Below, piece after piece: positions 1 through 8,418 of a DNA stretch of 64,000 nucleotides (positions within the stretch are counted from its first letter, which is position 1; each line of letters opens with the position of its first letter). The notes beneath the pieces were generated by a model. The model saw only the letters and a program-made list of their open reading frames with translations. It searched no databases and had not been told where the DNA came from. This stretch comes from an uncultured Verrucomicrobiae bacterium (GTDB taxonomy: Bacteria > Verrucomicrobiota > Verrucomicrobiia > Chthoniobacterales > JAFAMB01). The stretch lies in contig CAVXLD010000003.1 in the NCBI GenBank assembly GCA_963762565.1, forward strand, positions 800,001 to 864,000, given 5' to 3'. The position numbers and the translations under genes were made by a program.

Positions 1-102
1 CCTCGTGCATTCCAAAGCGGCTCCCCTCCACGCGCTGGGCGGTCGCACATCGCATCAGCGCTTCGCGCCTAGACGGTTTTATCTGCGTCTATCTGCGGTC
101 AT

Positions 103-134
103 CCGCCTCCGCAAAGCCTGCGGCGCGACAGGTT
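103..134 (+). mobile_element. 32-bp micro-element (other copies 25541-25572, 29932-29963 minus, 38955-38986)
   Basis: CCGCCTCCGCAAAGCCTGCGGCGCGACAGGTT splits the third unit of an ATCTGCG tandem repeat. Confidence 0.7.
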
Positions 135-201
135 CTGCGGTTGGTGTTGTTTTCAGTTGTTTTTGGGGCGGACCGGGGTAAAGCCCTAGGACTTTTCAAA
201 A

Positions 202-1893
202 ATGCCATTTTCGTCGATTGCTCAGGTCGTCCGCCAGATCACGACCCGTCCGACTCTGCTACAGGTTCTGGCGGTCTCCGTGTTGATCTGGGCCGGCATT
301 TATCTTCCGGGACTCGGGTCGGTGGAGCTCAAGCACGAAGAACCGCGGCGGGCGCTGCCAGCAGTTCACATGATCGCAACTGGTGATTGGCTGGTTCCAC
401 GGGTAGGGGAGTTACCGTATCTGCGAAAGCCGCCCCTCTTAAATTGGTTGATCGCCGGGATGTTCAAACTGACTGGTGGAAGGTCGGAATGGGCAGTGCG
501 TTTCCCATCGGCATTGGCAACCCTGGCTTTAGCTCTCGGGATCGGGATAAGTAGTCAGCGTTGGCTGGGGCGTCTTGGCGGATTGATCGCTTCGATCTTC
601 TTTCTTACCAATCTCGCGGTGTTGGAGTGCGGGCGTCTGGCGGAATTGGAGGCGGTTTACATCGGGTTAACCGGCCTGGCGCTCGTTATCTGGCTGGCTC
701 GATGGTACGGTGGGACCATTGGTTTGCGCCTCTGGATCTGGCCTGCCATCCTGCTGGCGCTGGGTCTATTAACAAAGGGACCGACTCATCTCATTTTTTT
801 CTACGGTGTGATTATCCCCGTGCTGGTCGCAGGCAAAGACCTGAAACTCCTCTTTCGTCCCGCGCATGCGCTGGCCTTGCTACTAATGTTGGCCATCTTC
901 AGCCTCTGGGCGATACCCTGTTCGTTCGCGGTCGGCCAACATGGTCCGCTCGGCGTATGGCAATTCTGGATTCATCAAATCACCTCACGGGCTTCGGAGA
1001 CAGAAGCTTTCCGGTTTTCGACCTGGCTCCTGAATTTCCCGCAGACGCTAAAGAATTTCTTGCCCTGGACCCCGCTTCTAATCTTGCTGTGGACGAGCGG
1101 GATCGAACGCCGCGGAACCGGAGCGGCAGCTGGAGACACTCAGGGGTTTCGAGCCGCGGCTATTTTCTATGGGGCCCGTCTCGGCATGGTGATCACCTGT
1201 TTGTTGATGTGCCTGTTACCAAGCGGTTCTCCCCGTTATATTTACCCGCTTTTTGTGGTGCCCTGCCTTTTATTGGGGCAGGTCTTCGTTCAAGGAAAGA
1301 CCAATGCATTGACGCACGGCTACCTGAAATGGTGGCGATGGATTAATGCCGTCCTGGTGCTGGCGGGCACCCCGGCAGTGTTGGCGATTCCTTTCATTGC
1401 CGGGATCAACCCAGGTTCGCTCGTAGGTCTGGTGATTGGTATTGGTGCAATGATTCTCGCTTGGGTGAGTCAGCGTTTATCGGTTGAGGATTTTCACCCG
1501 ATGGAACTAGCCGCACGCGCAGCTTTGGTCACCGGACTTGTTTTCGCTGCCGGCATGATCACCTATGGAGCTGCGATTGTTCCCCGGGTGGATGCAATGA
1601 CCAAGAACGGGTTCCGGGAAGTCGCAGCCAGGATCCGGCACGAACTCCCTCCCGGCGCCATCCTCTGGGTTCAAGAGAACGAATACCGGCCTTTCTGGTA
1701 CTATCTGGAGCCGGACGTGCGCTATTTCCTTTCAGTCAGCGATATCTTAGCCGATGCCCGCTATTTCCTAGTGCCCGAGACAGCAGCCCCAGCGTTCGCC
1801 GCCGACCCGCGCCTTGCCGACCGGCATCTGCACGTCCTCGCTCAGGTGCATGATGGGGAGGGGCAGCGGTTTGAAATCCTAGGTGAAAAGTGA
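202..1893 (+). CDS. ArnT/GT39-GT83 family polyprenyl-phosphate-sugar glycosyltransferase
   Basis: Multi-TM protein with EEPRR, DWLVP..YLRKPPLLNWL, EWAVRFPSA and LGLLTKGP motifs typical of ArnT/PMT_2. Confidence 0.85.
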   Translation: MPFSSIAQVVRQITTRPTLLQVLAVSVLIWAGIYLPGLGSVELKHEEPRRALPAVHMIATGDWLVPRVGELPYLRKPPLLNWLIAGMFKLTGGRSEWAVRFPSALATLALALGIGISSQRWLGRLGGLIASIFFLTNLAVLECGRLAELEAVYIGLTGLALVIWLARWYGGTIGLRLWIWPAILLALGLLTKGPTHLIFFYGVIIPVLVAGKDLKLLFRPAHALALLLMLAIFSLWAIPCSFAVGQHGPLGVWQFWIHQITSRASETEAFRFSTWLLNFPQTLKNFLPWTPLLILLWTSGIERRGTGAAAGDTQGFRAAAIFYGARLGMVITCLLMCLLPSGSPRYIYPLFVVPCLLLGQVFVQGKTNALTHGYLKWWRWINAVLVLAGTPAVLAIPFIAGINPGSLVGLVIGIGAMILAWVSQRLSVEDFHPMELAARAALVTGLVFAAGMITYGAAIVPRVDAMTKNGFREVAARIRHELPPGAILWVQENEYRPFWYYLEPDVRYFLSVSDILADARYFLVPETAAPAFAADPRLADRHLHVLAQVHDGEGQRFEILGEK

Positions 1894-1935
1894 TTGGTGA
1901 TTAGTGATTGGTAAGGCTGCGGCCCCAATCACGTC

Positions 1936-2694
1936 TCACTTCTCACCAATCACTTCCTCCGTCGCCACCTCTTCCACTGGCACCCGTCGCGCTCTTCTCC
2001 GCGAAAACCAACAGACACCAAGCAAATCAACGGCGGGCCGCCAAAGAAAGACACGGAGGTTGTACTTGGCGACTCCGGATTTTCGTGGGCGATGATTGAC
2101 GGGGAATTCGGCGATGGAAAACCCGGCTGCTTTCGCCAAGGCAGGCATAAAGGAATAGAGCGTCTGCATCGGAATAAACGCATCAGCCACTTCTCGATGG
2201 AATCCTTTTAATCCACAGCCAGTGTCAGATACCCCATCGTTTGTGAAAAAGCGGCGGACAGAATTGGCAAACTGAGACATGAGCCTGCGTTTCAGGTCGT
2301 CATGCCGATGCACTCGGTGTCCAACCACGAACTCGTATCGCCCTAATAAACGCAGCGCTTCCGCGATATCACCGGGATCATTCTGTCCATCGCCGTCGAG
2401 CAGGATCACGTTTCGGCCAAACGCTTTTTTGATTCCGGCAAAGAGAGCCGCTCCTTGTCCGGCATTCTGGAGCAGATTAATGATTCGGACTGCAGGCCAA
2501 GTTGAACCGACCCCCTTCATTTGATTTAGCGTACCATCGCTACTGCCGTCATTAACCAGGATGACTTCGTAAGCGCGATGGTCGCGATCCAAGGTTTCCC
2601 GAAGCTCGGTCAGTACCGGGGCGATGTTCGTCTCCTCGTTATAGAATGGGATTACGACACTGTATTCTATGCCTGGATCAGATGGTACACTCAA
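1936..2694 (-). CDS. GT2 glycosyltransferase (ArnC/polyprenol-phosphate glycosyltransferase-like)
   Basis: SVVIPFYNEE, VNDGSSD, LDGDGQNDP and DTGCGLK motifs. Confidence 0.9.
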   Translation of the reverse strand: MSVPSDPGIEYSVVIPFYNEETNIAPVLTELRETLDRDHRAYEVILVNDGSSDGTLNQMKGVGSTWPAVRIINLLQNAGQGAALFAGIKKAFGRNVILLDGDGQNDPGDIAEALRLLGRYEFVVGHRVHRHDDLKRRLMSQFANSVRRFFTNDGVSDTGCGLKGFHREVADAFIPMQTLYSFMPALAKAAGFSIAEFPVNHRPRKSGVAKYNLRVFLWRPAVDLLGVCWFSRRRARRVPVEEVATEEVIGEK

Positions 2695-3000
2695 AGTCAG
2701 TAATCAGTAATCAGTGGTCAGTAATCAGTGGTCAAGTAATTCAATGGGTAGCCGTGAGACCTCGTTCTCGGATTGTGGGCACGCCCATCGCCCGGGAGGG
2801 ACCGCTGCCTGTCCGACATAGCCTTCTCTTCCTGGTTTCTTTTCTCCCAGCTTTGGCGACGTCGGATCCTCGCGATCCTTGGTTACCGAAGCCCAGGACT
2901 TGTTGTGATCGTGGAGGAAAACACACCTTGGGTTGTTGGCACGCCTTCACGGCGCGCGGGGACGCGCGCCCTCCCCGAATTGGGCCGCGCCAATCACTAA

Positions 3001-4290
3001 TCACCTCTCAGAGCCCTTCACCACCCTGCGCCGCCTTTTGGCCGCTTTAGCAGGCTTCGGAGCCACGTAACCCGCCGGCGTTGTATCGCGCTGATCAAGT
3101 TCTTGCAGCACCAAACTGGCTGCGCCTCGAGCCCAGACTTCATCGCCCCAATGATGAATCATAAGATCGAAATTATCTCTTAGCGGCGCGATCACCATTT
3201 CCCGGATCGTCGAACGGAGACTTTCACCGTAGAGGTGCGAGCACGTCACCGCTCCTTCGCACACCACAACCCGCTCCGGATTAATGAGGTTTACCAAGTT
3301 CGCGATGCCGAGCCCGAGATATTGACCCATCCTTTGAAAGATCTTCCGATATCGTTGATCGCCGCTCTCGGCTCGTTCAACGACTTTGCGTAACAGGTCA
3401 AGCCGGTCGTGGTAATCCAGCTTTTTCGAAGGGATACGAAACCCGATCGCCTGAGCCTCCCGCAGGATAGCAAAACCCGCGGTATGCGTTTCCATGCACC
3501 CAGTTTGCCCGCATTGACACAGTGGGCCGTCGAACACCAGCTTGGTATGACCGAATTCGGCGCCCATCCCGCGAGCTCCCCGGAAAAGGCTTCCATTAAT
3601 AATGAGACCGCTCCCGGTGCCGTGCTCGATTGTGATGACACTGACATGCTTGAGTCCTTTCGCGAGGCCAAACCAATGTTCGGCCAGAGTCACCAGGTTC
3701 GCGTCGTTTTCGACAAAAACAGGTACATCGAACTTGGGACTCAGCATTGCCCCAAATTCGACATTCCGGCTTTGGAAGACCGGGCTCCAGTACACGGTTC
3801 CAGATCCGCAATCGACATAGCCCGGAAGACCAACACCGACCCCGCTGACCTGGGAAAACTCCATCTTAGCTTTCCTGACGCAGGCTCGGACCGCTTTTGC
3901 CACGAAATCGGCGAGCTGCGACGCGGTAAACTCAAGCGGCTCGCAAGAAATGTTTTCCGAAGTAAGCACGTTGCCGGTGAAATCGGTGAGCGACGTCACG
4001 ATCTGGTGAGTAGCGATCTTGACTCCAGCCACGTGCATGTAGTCGGGCGCTAGGCGCAAAGAAACCAGCGGTCTACCCCGGCCACGGATCGCTAAAGGAT
4101 GCGACCCTTCCTCGACCAACGCTCCTTCCTTGATCAAATGGCTAACAATACTAGAAATGGTGGCTTGGCTTAGCCCGGTAACTTCTGCCAACTCAGAACG
4201 TGAGATTTGGTTATCATGCAACCGGATAGCATGCAGAACATCGAACCGGTTAAGATTCCGGATGATCGCAGGACCGCGCGCCGACGACAT
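3001..4290 (-). CDS. ROK family transcriptional repressor (XylR/NagC-like)
   Basis: N-terminal HTH (ISRSELAEVTGLSQATIS), ENDAN, GAEFGH..CQCGQTGCME zinc motif; ATG at 4290 chosen over upstream TTG. Confidence 0.9.
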   Translation of the reverse strand: MSSARGPAIIRNLNRFDVLHAIRLHDNQISRSELAEVTGLSQATISSIVSHLIKEGALVEEGSHPLAIRGRGRPLVSLRLAPDYMHVAGVKIATHQIVTSLTDFTGNVLTSENISCEPLEFTASQLADFVAKAVRACVRKAKMEFSQVSGVGVGLPGYVDCGSGTVYWSPVFQSRNVEFGAMLSPKFDVPVFVENDANLVTLAEHWFGLAKGLKHVSVITIEHGTGSGLIINGSLFRGARGMGAEFGHTKLVFDGPLCQCGQTGCMETHTAGFAILREAQAIGFRIPSKKLDYHDRLDLLRKVVERAESGDQRYRKIFQRMGQYLGLGIANLVNLINPERVVVCEGAVTCSHLYGESLRSTIREMVIAPLRDNFDLMIHHWGDEVWARGAASLVLQELDQRDTTPAGYVAPKPAKAAKRRRRVVKGSER

Positions 4291-4599
4291 GGCAATAGGA
4301 TTGGACCTCAAAACACTTATTTACTCCAGGTTGGGGGCTCCTGGCAAGAAGAGGCGAACCGGCGAAAGGGCGAACCGGCGAATGGGCGATTGAGGTCCCT
4401 GATCGGTAGGGCGAAAATCTCGGCGCACATTCCGGCTCCGGAATCCACAGACAAAAAGACGTCCGCGGCGCGCCGAGATTTTCCCCCACCGTTTCACGGG
4501 CCGCATCGCCTCACTTCGCCCCTTCGCCGTTTCGCCCATTCGCCGTCTCGCCGTTGCGCCTCTCTGGATTCTGACTCCCGGCTCCTCTATAGATGTCCC

Positions 4600-5202
4600 A
4601 TGTCCCGCTGGAAAGAATTGGGTGAATCCATCCCGAAACGGTTACGGCAGCAGCTTCAATTCATCCTTGAGATCGACGATCTCAAAAACGTATTACGGCG
4701 CTCGTATTTGATTGATAGCGGCCGGCACGAAAACTCGGCTGAACACAGCTGGCACTTGGCGGTGGCGGCGATGGTGCTGGCCGAGCATGCCAAAGAGCAG
4801 ATCGACATCAGCAAAGTGATTCGCCTGGTTCTGGTTCATGACTTAGTAGAGATCGACGCCGGTGATACTTTCATTTACGACGACGCGGGCAATGTCGGCA
4901 AAGCAGCACGTGAACAGGACGCTGCTAACCGGCTTTTTGGGGTTTTACCGGAGGACCAGGCACAAAGCTTTATGGCGCTCTGGCGAGAGTTCGAGGATCG
5001 GCAAACTCCGGAAGCAAAGTTCGCTTTCGCGTTGGATCGGCTGATGCCGATTCTTCATAACGTCTTCACCCAAGGCGGCAGCTGGAAAGAGCATGGGATC
5101 CGGCAAGAGCAAGCACTCACCAAGAACCGTGGTATCGAAGAGGGTTCCCCGGTCCTGTGGCAAGTTGTTGAATCCTTGATCAAGCAAACCCTGACCGAGT
5201 AA
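4600..5202 (+). CDS. HD-domain phosphohydrolase (HD_3, 5'-deoxynucleotidase-like)
   Basis: ENSAEHSWH, VHDLVEIDAGD, ALDRL motifs; start at ATG 4600 because the upstream ORF extension runs through repeats. Confidence 0.85.
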   Translation: MSRWKELGESIPKRLRQQLQFILEIDDLKNVLRRSYLIDSGRHENSAEHSWHLAVAAMVLAEHAKEQIDISKVIRLVLVHDLVEIDAGDTFIYDDAGNVGKAAREQDAANRLFGVLPEDQAQSFMALWREFEDRQTPEAKFAFALDRLMPILHNVFTQGGSWKEHGIRQEQALTKNRGIEEGSPVLWQVVESLIKQTLTE

Positions 5203-5212
5203 CTCTTGGGCC

Positions 5213-5998
5213 ATGCATCATCCCAGAAACACGGTCATCTTTCTGATCGGAGCCTTAGTCGGGTTAATACCCCTCTCTGTTCAAAGCCAAAGTGTGCATC
5301 TTTCCGATGCCCAAGCTGACAAGATCGGCCGGCGCCTTTGGCAAATCGAATGCGCGGGTACGGTTTCGGGGCTCACCTCTTGGAACAGCGGCGAGAATTT
5401 CGCTTCTCTCGGGATCGGCCATTTTATTTGGTATCCGGTCGGTCAACGTGGGCCGTTCGAAGAAAGTTTTCCGCCACTGCTGGCCTACCTGAAAGAGTCC
5501 GGTGTCACCCTTCCGGCATGGTTAGCTGATTCTCACGGATGCCCCTGGCCCAATCGCAGCGCTTTCCTGGCGGATTTACATTCCGCTCGGTTGCAAGAAT
5601 TGCGCACAATTCTGGCCAACACGGTTACTCTGCAAGCCCGGTTTGCCGCTAACCGCCTCGAGGGTGCATTACCTAAAATGCTGGCGGCAGTTCCGGCCGA
5701 TGAACAGGCCAAGGTGAAGCAAAACTTCTATCGCGTGGCCGCAACTTCGAGCGGTATGTATCCGCTCGTCGACTATGTCAATTTCAAGGGTGAGGGGACG
5801 TCGCCAACCGAACGTTACCAGGGCCAAGGATGGGGCCTGTTGCAGGTCCTGGAAACAATGAATGACGGACCAGCGTTAGAACAATTCAGCAGCGCAGCCG
5901 CTCAGGTCTTGACTCGCCGAGTTCACAATGCGCCCCCGGAACGGCATGAAGAACGTTGGTTACCCGGCTGGCTGAGTCGGGTGCGGAGCTATCGGTAG
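5213..5998 (+). CDS. Secreted hypothetical protein, possibly lysozyme-like fold
   Basis: Signal-peptide-like N-terminus; WNSGENFASLGIGHFIW, DYVNFKGEG and GWLSRV segments. Confidence 0.7.
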   Translation: MHHPRNTVIFLIGALVGLIPLSVQSQSVHLSDAQADKIGRRLWQIECAGTVSGLTSWNSGENFASLGIGHFIWYPVGQRGPFEESFPPLLAYLKESGVTLPAWLADSHGCPWPNRSAFLADLHSARLQELRTILANTVTLQARFAANRLEGALPKMLAAVPADEQAKVKQNFYRVAATSSGMYPLVDYVNFKGEGTSPTERYQGQGWGLLQVLETMNDGPALEQFSSAAAQVLTRRVHNAPPERHEERWLPGWLSRVRSYR

Positions 5999-6020
5999 GG
6001 CGAGGAGGCGGTCGGAGCCC

Positions 6021-6368
6021 GTGGAGCGCTGCCTCGCTTGCGAGGCCGTGGTCATTGGTGGGGCGAGGCTCCGGATCTTCCTTAATGGATGCCAAGGCGG
6101 CTGTCCTGTTCCAATCTATCGCGGGCAACCCCTAAAGGTCGCCGAGCCGCGGCCCAGCGTATGCCCAGGTCTATGGTTCAGCCGAATCGCAACCTTGTAA
6201 AAGCTTCGTGCGCTGGATCGTAGCGACACCGTGGGCCCGGCTCGGCAACGCATCGGCCCTAAACACCAAATCTTCGTTCAACGTTGCAGTCCCTGGAATG
6301 CTGCAAAGGCCATGCAGGAGCCTCGCCCCACCATTGGGCAACGGCCTCGCAAGCGAGGCAACGCTCCA
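6021..6368. repeat. Nested palindromic intergenic element A[B[C..C']B']A'
   Basis: A=GTGGAGCGCTGCCTCGCTTGCGAGGCCG 6021-6048 / 6342-6368; B=TGGTGGGGCGAGGCTCC 6056-6072 / 6317-6333; C=GCCGAGCCG 6141-6149 / 6238-6246. Confidence 0.9.
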
Positions 6369-6460
6369 GGGTGCCGATCGCTCCTGCTGCCATTTGCATT
6401 CGCCCCGCCTTCATGTAATCCCTCACCGACAATGATGCTGAATCAATCAGGGAGTACGAA

Positions 6461-7120
6461 ATGAGCGGATCACAGGCGGTGAAGAAAACACCGTTTGTTA
6501 CTTACACCGTCATCGGTTTGTGCGTGCTGGTCTTTCTCTGGGAGTTGAACAACTATCCCGCTGTTGAAGCGACACTGGTTAACCCGATCGCGACCGGTGG
6601 CGTCTCGGCGCTTTGGACGCTCTTCACCATGACTCTGGTGCATAGCCGCAGCCAGATAACTCACATCGTGTTCAATTTAATGGCGTTTTCCGTGTTGGGC
6701 CGGTTGCTAGAAACGATCTACGGATCGTTTAGGTATGGCATACTTTTGATCGCCCTTGCTTGGGTTGCTTCATCTGCTCAGATCATATTTGAACACGGCA
6801 TCGGCATTGGGCTTTCAGGCGTTGTTTACGGTATCTTCGGGTTTATGATCGGGGCATCACCAAACAATCCGTTCCTGTGGTGGTTCGTTAAGAAGAACGC
6901 TCCGATGTTGATCGGCTGGGCTGTACTCTGTCTGGTACTGACTCAAATGCACGTGCTGGCCATCGGCAATGGCGCCCACTTTGGTGGCCTGATTTATGGA
7001 ATTATCTACGGTCTGATCTATGGCTTGCCCCGGTACCGCTATGCCTTCATCGGGTTAGCCGTTCTCACTCCTGTTGTTCTGGGCGCGGTGCTCGTACAAC
7101 TGATTACAGCCCCGGCGTAA
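6461..7120 (+). CDS. Rhomboid family intramembrane serine protease
   Basis: HIVFN, GLSGVVYG (catalytic Ser) and AHFGG (catalytic His); about 6 TM segments. Confidence 0.9.
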   Translation: MSGSQAVKKTPFVTYTVIGLCVLVFLWELNNYPAVEATLVNPIATGGVSALWTLFTMTLVHSRSQITHIVFNLMAFSVLGRLLETIYGSFRYGILLIALAWVASSAQIIFEHGIGIGLSGVVYGIFGFMIGASPNNPFLWWFVKKNAPMLIGWAVLCLVLTQMHVLAIGNGAHFGGLIYGIIYGLIYGLPRYRYAFIGLAVLTPVVLGAVLVQLITAPA

Positions 7121-7138
7121 GAGCAAAACCGGCGATTT

Positions 7139-7221
7139 AGCCGCGAAGCGGCGATTCAAGATATTTTTGCCATTCCTAGGGCTTCGCCCTAGGGCTATGA
7201 TGAACCGCCGCTTCGCGGCTG
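7139..7221. repeat. REP-like palindrome cluster between convergent genes
   Basis: AGCCGCGAAGCGGCG ... CCTAGGGCTTCGCCCTAGG ... CGCCGCTTCGCGGCT; similar architecture at 59064-59145. Confidence 0.7.
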
Positions 7222-7301
7222 AAGCCTTTCGCGCTCCGTTCGCCCCATTTCGCTCGACACGCCCATACCTTAGCTATTGGCTATTGGCTATGCGCGCAGC
7301 G

Positions 7302-8234
7302 CTAAGCGCTCGCCGCGGACAACTTCACTATCTCTTCCTTACTTAGATGAACCTCCGCCGAACGTAACAAGGGTGGGAGTTGTTCCGGGGTCCTGGCGCT
7401 GGCGATCGGCGCGATCACCGTGGGTTGGGCAGCTAGCCAGGCTAACGCAATCGTGGCGACCGCTTCTTTTCGCGTTGCCGCAATTTCGTCGAGCGCTTTC
7501 AAAACGCCCCGGCCTTTGTCGTTCAGGTAGGCCGATGCGCCTTCCGCCCGTTTGCTATCAACCTTGCTGTCGTTCCGATATTTCCCGGTCAGAAACCCGG
7601 AAGCCAAAGAGAAATAGGGCAACGAAACGATCCCTTCGGCGGCAACCGTTTCTTCCAGTTCCCCTTCATACTTACCTCGTTCCATTAAGTTGTAGTGCGG
7701 CTGCAGAGCCACGTACTGGGCAAAGCCTTCCCTGCGAGAGATCCGGATGGCCTCGGCTAACCGCGGGCCGTTGTAATTGGAGGCCGCTATGTACCGGACT
7801 TTACCGGACCGGACTAAACCGTCGAACGCAGCCAAAGTCTCGGCCAAAGGCGTTGCCCGGTCATCCTGGTGCGCGTAGTAGAGGTCGATGTGGTCCGTTT
7901 GCAAGCGTTCGAGCGAATCTTCCGCCGCGCGCTGAACCGTTTTCGTGGAGAGGCCCAGCAGCCGAGGCAGGTTTCCGACCTTTGTCGCGACTACCATCTT
8001 GCCGCGGTTGCCGCGCGCTTTCATCCAACGCCCAATGATGGTTTCAGATTCGCCTCCCGAATTCCCCGGCGCCCAACAAGAGTACATGTCGGCGGTGTCG
8101 ATGAAGTTGCCACCGGCTGCAGCGTAAGCGTCGAGAACTTTGAACGACTGCTCTTCATTCGCAGTCCATCCGAACACATTTCCACCAAGTGATAACGGGA
8201 AGACATCCAAGTCAGTATGAGGCATCCTGGTCAT
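7302..8234 (-). CDS. Aldo/keto reductase
   Basis: LGGNVFG, FIDTADMY, SLERLQTDHIDLYYAH, LQPHYNL, PYFSLASGFLTGKY. Confidence 0.95.
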   Translation of the reverse strand: MTRMPHTDLDVFPLSLGGNVFGWTANEEQSFKVLDAYAAAGGNFIDTADMYSCWAPGNSGGESETIIGRWMKARGNRGKMVVATKVGNLPRLLGLSTKTVQRAAEDSLERLQTDHIDLYYAHQDDRATPLAETLAAFDGLVRSGKVRYIAASNYNGPRLAEAIRISRREGFAQYVALQPHYNLMERGKYEGELEETVAAEGIVSLPYFSLASGFLTGKYRNDSKVDSKRAEGASAYLNDKGRGVLKALDEIAATRKEAVATIALAWLAAQPTVIAPIASARTPEQLPPLLRSAEVHLSKEEIVKLSAASA

Positions 8235-8418
8235 GACAGAATAGCGGGCACTCGTGAGCGGATATCAAGGGGAAAAGGGGAGCGCTGCGGCCCAAAATAG
8301 CGTCATCGAGGCCGCCAAGTAACCAGTAATCAGCGTTTTGCGAGGTTGCACCCGTTCCAGCGAAGACGAGACGACTCAAAAGGCGCATCTTCGCTCCGTT
8401 AGTCTCTCTTAGACAAAG

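Noticed and set aside
202..2694. Complete arn lipid A modification operon
   Set aside because: Only ArnT-like and GT2 genes are present and they are convergent; no arnA/B/D/E/F, and the donor sugar cannot be inferred
4207..4599. Long N-terminal extension of the HD protein
   Set aside because: Overlaps the ROK gene start and runs through GGCGAA/TTCGCC arrays; the HD domain begins after ATG 4600
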